The translations under genes were made by a program, and so were the position numbers. A DNA stretch of 63,816 nucleotides, the filler included, from an uncultured Chlamydiae bacterium (lineage in GTDB: Bacteria; Chlamydiota; Chlamydiia; Chlamydiales; SM23-39): NCBI GenBank assembly GCA_937899275.1. It is 6 parts of 6 records of this genome, joined end to end, with 100 filler letters (N's around TTAATTAATTAA, not from the genome) between each part and the next. Parts side by side here need not be neighbours in the genome. Positions count along the whole stretch, not along the records: positions 35,544 to 61,011 come from CALBPE010000094.1; positions 61,112 to 63,816 come from CALBPE010000097.1; 4 more parts are not named here. One strand, 5' to 3'. Positions within the stretch are counted from its first letter, which is position 1, and each line of letters begins with the position of its first letter. This document shows, in pieces, positions 59,839 through 63,816 of this stretch. The notes below the pieces were generated by a model. It worked only from the letters and a program-made list of their open reading frames with translations. It made no database searches and was not told where the DNA came from.

Positions 59839-60880
59839 TATTTGGAAAAACCGCATCAATCAGATTGAAAAAGCTCTTTCTCAGTGGGACGTTTCTGCCC
59901 TGCTGATTGAGGATCCAGTCGATTTGTTCTATCTCACAGGAGCAAGACTGTCTTTTGGAAAACTCATTGTAGAGCCGGCAAAATCTACTCTGTATACCGA
60001 CCACAGGTACTATAGTGAAATCCAGACAACCGTTCAGGTTCCCTGTGCGGTATACAACAAAGACGCTTTGTTAGAACGCATGCAATCTTTTCGATCTTGC
60101 GGGTTTGATGCAGATAAAACTTCTTACGCTCTTTACGCGGAGAGAAAAAAACAAATAGAAAACCTTACCCCGATCAATAGCACCATGCGCTTTTTCCGCG
60201 CGATAAAAGACCAGCAGGAAATTTCAGAGATGCAGCGGGCATGTAAGATCACAGAAAAAGGGTATATTGCGCTGCAAAAAAAAGTCCATGAAGGGATGCA
60301 AGAAAAGGATCTTGCTCTTTTTTTTTCCCGTTTTATCGTAGACGAAGGAGCCATTTGTCCCTCATTTGACCCCAATGTTTCCTTTGGGGCAAATGGATCG
60401 TATCCTCATCATAGACCCTCAGATCAAAGATTAGAAAAAAACGATATAATCCTCGTAGATATTGGAGCAAATTACCAAGGTTATTGCGCTGATATGACCC
60501 GCGTCTTTATGCATGGTGAGGGTAAAGAACGTGGCAGGCACCTTTATACCCTGGCAATCAAAGCTTATGAAAAAGCTGCTTCTTACTGTAAGGAAGGCGC
60601 TCTTGTAAAAGATTTAGATGCAGCAGCAAGAGAAGAGCTTAGGAAACACAACATGGACGCCTACTTTACCCATAGTTTGGGTCATGGAGTTGGGTTAGAT
60701 ATTCATGAGTTTCCGTCGATTAACCAAACGGGCCCCGACAAGGACGTCGCATTAAAAGCCGGTATGGTGATTACCATTGAGCCAGGTATTTATCTTCCTG
60801 GAGAAATAGGCGTCCGTTACGAAAACACTCTTCTCATTACAAAAAACGGCTATGAAAACCTCTTTACATCTACGATTTAA
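59828..60880 (+). CDS. pepP: Xaa-Pro aminopeptidase (M24)
   Basis: YCADMTR, HSLGHGVGLDIHE, TIEPGIY, GVRYE. Confidence 0.94.
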   Translation: MHANIWKNRINQIEKALSQWDVSALLIEDPVDLFYLTGARLSFGKLIVEPAKSTLYTDHRYYSEIQTTVQVPCAVYNKDALLERMQSFRSCGFDADKTSYALYAERKKQIENLTPINSTMRFFRAIKDQQEISEMQRACKITEKGYIALQKKVHEGMQEKDLALFFSRFIVDEGAICPSFDPNVSFGANGSYPHHRPSDQRLEKNDIILVDIGANYQGYCADMTRVFMHGEGKERGRHLYTLAIKAYEKAASYCKEGALVKDLDAAAREELRKHNMDAYFTHSLGHGVGLDIHEFPSINQTGPDKDVALKAGMVITIEPGIYLPGEIGVRYENTLLITKNGYENLFTSTI

Positions 60881-61011
60881 ACTATTTTTGTGGGTAGGCG
60901 GGCTTTTCGTCCTCTTTTTTTTAGCTACTTTGGTGTTTGAAAATTCCATTATTTGCTAAAAATTATCCCATTCAGAAAACCTTCTTTTGCATGAGTTAAA
61001 AAAAGAACAAG

Positions 61012-61111
61012 NNNNNNNNNNNNNNNNNNNNNNNNNNNNNNNNNNNNNNNNNNNNTTAATTAATTAANNNNNNNNNNNNNNNNNNNNNNNNNNNNNNNNN
61101 NNNNNNNNNNN
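61012..61111. other. Artificial contig linker
   Basis: N44-TTAATTAATTAA-N44. Confidence 0.99.
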
Positions 61112-61790
61112 GTAAACTAGTCATCACAGCGTAGCTATACCGGGGACAGTCGTTGGGATCTTCAATGTAAGGTTGAAAAACAGCAGTTTTTCCACTGGAG
61201 GTTTTTGCAGCCATATCTGCAGCGTGTAAAGGCAGTTTGAAGTAAGCGCTGAGCTCTCTTGCGATGCCAAGAGCGCTTTGGCAATGTCCTAAATTGGGGG
61301 TAAGAGAAAGGGTAAATACAGGATCGTGTAATGCGGTTTGTAGATCTGTTCCCAAAGAAATGCTCTCATCTAACCGAAATACCTGATCGTTTTCTTCTGC
61401 AATACCCATCTCTTTTGCCGATAGGAGCATTCCTTCTGACAAAAGGCCTTGAACCGACGCTGTTTGGATGGTTTTTCCTTGAACGAAAGCGCCTGGTTTT
61501 GCAAAGGGAACGATGTCACCTTTTTTTACTGTGAGATCTCCGCAAGCTACTTGGTATGTTTTGCTTTTTGGGCAGAGGTTTTCTTGTACAAGCAGTTTTT
61601 GTAGTTTAGAAGATTTTGGATGAGGTTCTGCCGATTGTATTTTTGCTACGGTTACAGAAGAAAATGGGGGAAGCGCTTCTTCTACAAAGTCCACTTCAAT
61701 TCCAAGAGAGGTAAGCGCGCTTGCGATCTCTGATAGAGGCTTTGTATCGATAGGTATCCATTTTTTCAATAGAGAAAGGGGAATTTTCAT
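61112..61790 (-). CDS. pheT: Phenylalanine-tRNA ligase beta subunit, 5' part (contig end)
   Basis: MKIPLSLLKKWI, SEGMLLS, LSLTPNLGHCQSALGIARE. Confidence 0.93.
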
Positions 61791-61843
61791 AGGAAAAACT
61801 GCTCAGTATTTTCATCCAGTATAGAACACTTTTTTGTTTCCAA

Positions 61844-62053
61844 TCAAGTGAGAGGATCATGGCCTCCGGGGTGGTTTCTTTGGCAGCGTAAAATCCGCTT
61901 GCATCCTAGAAAAACCCCTTTCATCAAACCATATTTTTTTACTGCCTGTTTTGTGTATTCAGAGCAGGAAGGGTAGTATCTACAAGATTTTCCTAGGAAA
62001 GGCCCTAAGGTGTATTGATAAATGGTGATGAGAAAGATCACAAAATAGCGCAT
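61844..62053 (-). CDS. yidD: Membrane protein insertion efficiency factor
   Basis: CRYYPSCSEY, RILRC, GGHDP. Confidence 0.93.
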   Translation of the reverse strand: MRYFVIFLITIYQYTLGPFLGKSCRYYPSCSEYTKQAVKKYGLMKGVFLGCKRILRCQRNHPGGHDPLT

Positions 62054-62066
62054 GGTGATAAGTCGA

Positions 62067-62095
62067 TTGATGCAAAATATGCATACTGCTAGAAT
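62067..62095 (+). promoter_or_regulatory. Sigma66/70-type promoter of tRNA-Leu
   Basis: TTGATG-17 bp-TAGAAT with extended TG, 25 bp upstream of the tRNA. Confidence 0.5.
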
Positions 62096-62120
62096 AACTA
62101 AATCAATATCTATTCTTCAA

Positions 62121-62208
62121 GCGGAAATGGTGGAATTGGTAGACACGCTACCTTGAGGTGGTAGTGGGAGTACAAAATCCCTTGGGGGTTCGAGTCCCCC
62201 TTTTCGCA
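62121..62208 (+). tRNA. tRNA-Leu(GAG), long variable arm, CCA not encoded
   Basis: GCGGAAA/TTTTCGC acceptor stem; CTACC-TTGAGGT-GGTAG anticodon arm; GGTTCGAGTCC. Confidence 0.96.
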
Positions 62209-62225
62209 TAGCAAGGTTTTTTTAT

Positions 62226-62909
62226 ATGCTTTGTCGACTCTTTATTCTCTTTTTATGTGGTAGCTCTTCTTGTCTTATCGCTGAGACAAAAGCGGTGGTT
62301 TTTTCCTTAGAAAGAAATTTCTTACAACAAAGAGATGACTCTTTTGCTCGTTTCATTTCCGATAGTTTAGGTATTACACAAGATCGCTACGCAAAGGAAG
62401 AGGCAAAGCGCCATCTTCCCGAATTTTCTCTTGGAGAAATTGCCTTTTGGAAAAAATACGCAGATGAACAGTGGATTTTTTTAGAGCAAGATTGGGGAAA
62501 AAAAGCAAAATCCTCCCTACTTGCAGCGTTGCCGTGGGACTGCGCTCTAGTCGAGTTGATTGAGCTATTAAATGCAAAACCTCTTCCTACCTGTTTTTTT
62601 ACCAATATCTCTTTGAAAGATAGCCTTACCTACGATGAGCTAGGATTGAAAGAAATTTGCACCTCGAACTTTGTGTTCCAAACTGAGGAAGAAGTGCCAT
62701 CAGATCGGGCGTTTACGATTTTGTTAGAATCGTTAGATCTATATCCCGAAGAGGTGTTTTTTTTCAGCAGGAGTCCTCAAGTAATCAAAAGGGCAAGGCA
62801 ATTGGGGTTTGACGCCGTATTATTTTCTTCTGTAGAACAAATCCGCTACCAATTAGCTGTAAGAAATGTATTTGTGAGTTTACTTTTTACTAGCAGCGAT
62901 TTGGAATAG
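62226..62909 (+). CDS. HAD-fold protein with signal peptide, catalytic Asp residues absent
   Basis: KAVVFSLE (motif I position), FTN, P..RAF...LE.L.L.PEEVFF, ARQLGFDAVLF. Confidence 0.65.
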   Translation: MLCRLFILFLCGSSSCLIAETKAVVFSLERNFLQQRDDSFARFISDSLGITQDRYAKEEAKRHLPEFSLGEIAFWKKYADEQWIFLEQDWGKKAKSSLLAALPWDCALVELIELLNAKPLPTCFFTNISLKDSLTYDELGLKEICTSNFVFQTEEEVPSDRAFTILLESLDLYPEEVFFFSRSPQVIKRARQLGFDAVLFSSVEQIRYQLAVRNVFVSLLFTSSDLE

Positions 62910-63809
62910 CTCTTCTACCGCTTTTTGTAACTTCTGATGTGAAGATGGATACAGTGCATGCCTGTGCGATCCATTTACCCCAATCAATCGGTAGTTTTTT
63001 TCGTAATTTTTGAGATTTTTTACTTTTTGCATTGCAGAAGATTCTTTAGGAATCACCCCATCTCCAATCACTTCTGTGCCGTCTTTTAGCTGTCTTGCGG
63101 TTTGTAAAACGATCGTTGGTATCGTATCTTTTGGTGAGATTGTTTGCATATGCCAACCGGTCCAGTAGACAAGATACGCAGCGATGCTGCAAGTTATTTG
63201 TTTGACTACATCGAATAGAGAGGAAAATGTTCGATCGAGTATGCGGATATATTGAACGCCCTTTTTGCGGTTCCATGTGCGCAATAACGTAGATATAACG
63301 CCCCCTCCCATCGATTTTCCCATCACAAGAATCTGTTTAGGTTGGATGGTATTTTCTATGTACTGTAGACCCTTTCCTGCAGCTTCTATCATCGTTTCTT
63401 GTGTGAGGTAGTCTCCGCTACTACCGACGCCAGGGTAGTTAAACAAAACGCCATGAGCTACCGCGGCGTCTAGTAGCCTGCGCAAAGATTGTCCTTTTTG
63501 TAGTTGGAAGAGGCTTTTTTCTATAGGCGTTGCCATGCCTTTTGCTAACAGGAGGTAGCGGTTTTTTTTATCGCCTGTAGCACCTTCTGCTAGAGGGTTT
63601 TTGATGAACACCCCGTCGATATGTGCGCCGCTTTCTAAAGCAAAAGAAATCCTTTGTACCGTGAGCCCGCTTATCGACTCTTTTGTGAACTGTTCTTGTA
63701 GTAAACAGAAAGTTTTCCGAGTTTTTGCTAAAGAGCTTTTCCAGTAGTACCGTGCATAAATCAGCAAAAATCCCAAAAGATATAGCACAAAGCAGTACAC
63801 GATATACAA
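62880..63809 (-). CDS. Alpha/beta hydrolase (chlamydial CPn0927/0928-like)
   Basis: FNYPGVGSS, nucleophile elbow GKSMGGG, DRTFSSL, GDGVI, late His; start near the window edge is uncertain. Confidence 0.8.
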   Translation of the reverse strand: MYIVYCFVLYLLGFLLIYARYYWKSSLAKTRKTFCLLQEQFTKESISGLTVQRISFALESGAHIDGVFIKNPLAEGATGDKKNRYLLLAKGMATPIEKSLFQLQKGQSLRRLLDAAVAHGVLFNYPGVGSSGDYLTQETMIEAAGKGLQYIENTIQPKQILVMGKSMGGGVISTLLRTWNRKKGVQYIRILDRTFSSLFDVVKQITCSIAAYLVYWTGWHMQTISPKDTIPTIVLQTARQLKDGTEVIGDGVIPKESSAMQKVKNLKNYEKNYRLIGVNGSHRHALYPSSHQKLQKAVEELFQIAASKK

Positions 63810-63816
63810 AAAAAAA

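Overview
Draft genome of an environmental member of the phylum Chlamydiota (Simkania/Parachlamydia-like). The assignment rests on the chlamydial gene orders lnt-lpxC-fabZ-lpxA-fmt-X-rplC...rplQ-gapA, holA-rsmI, rpoN-uvrD-DUF1343, mutL-pepP, a chlamydial-type FabI and a MOMP-like porin. The window is six separate contigs joined by artificial 100-bp N44-TTAATTAATTAA-N44 linkers (1-4567, 4668-8758, 8859-10193, 10294-35443, 35544-61011, 61112-63816), so adjacency across linkers means nothing. Most content is housekeeping: the ribosomal protein superoperon, lipid A genes, rRNA methyltransferases, Trk K+ uptake, eno and two tRNAs. Accessory content: a polymorphic toxin tip with an adjacent immunity-like gene, effector/Inc-like orphan genes including a tandem paralog pair, a decayed internally deleted IS3-family element, a Kdo-hydroxylase homolog with a His-to-Asn change at a metal ligand, and an unannotated 45-aa basic ORF overlapping the end of an orphan parA. 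There are also two apparent pseudoenzymes (an isochorismatase-fold protein coupled to trkA-trkH and a secreted HAD-fold protein), a small protein resembling a minimal phage tail-sheath domain, and lesions in fabI, fmt and rsbU. All family calls come from motif recognition by eye; no searches were run.
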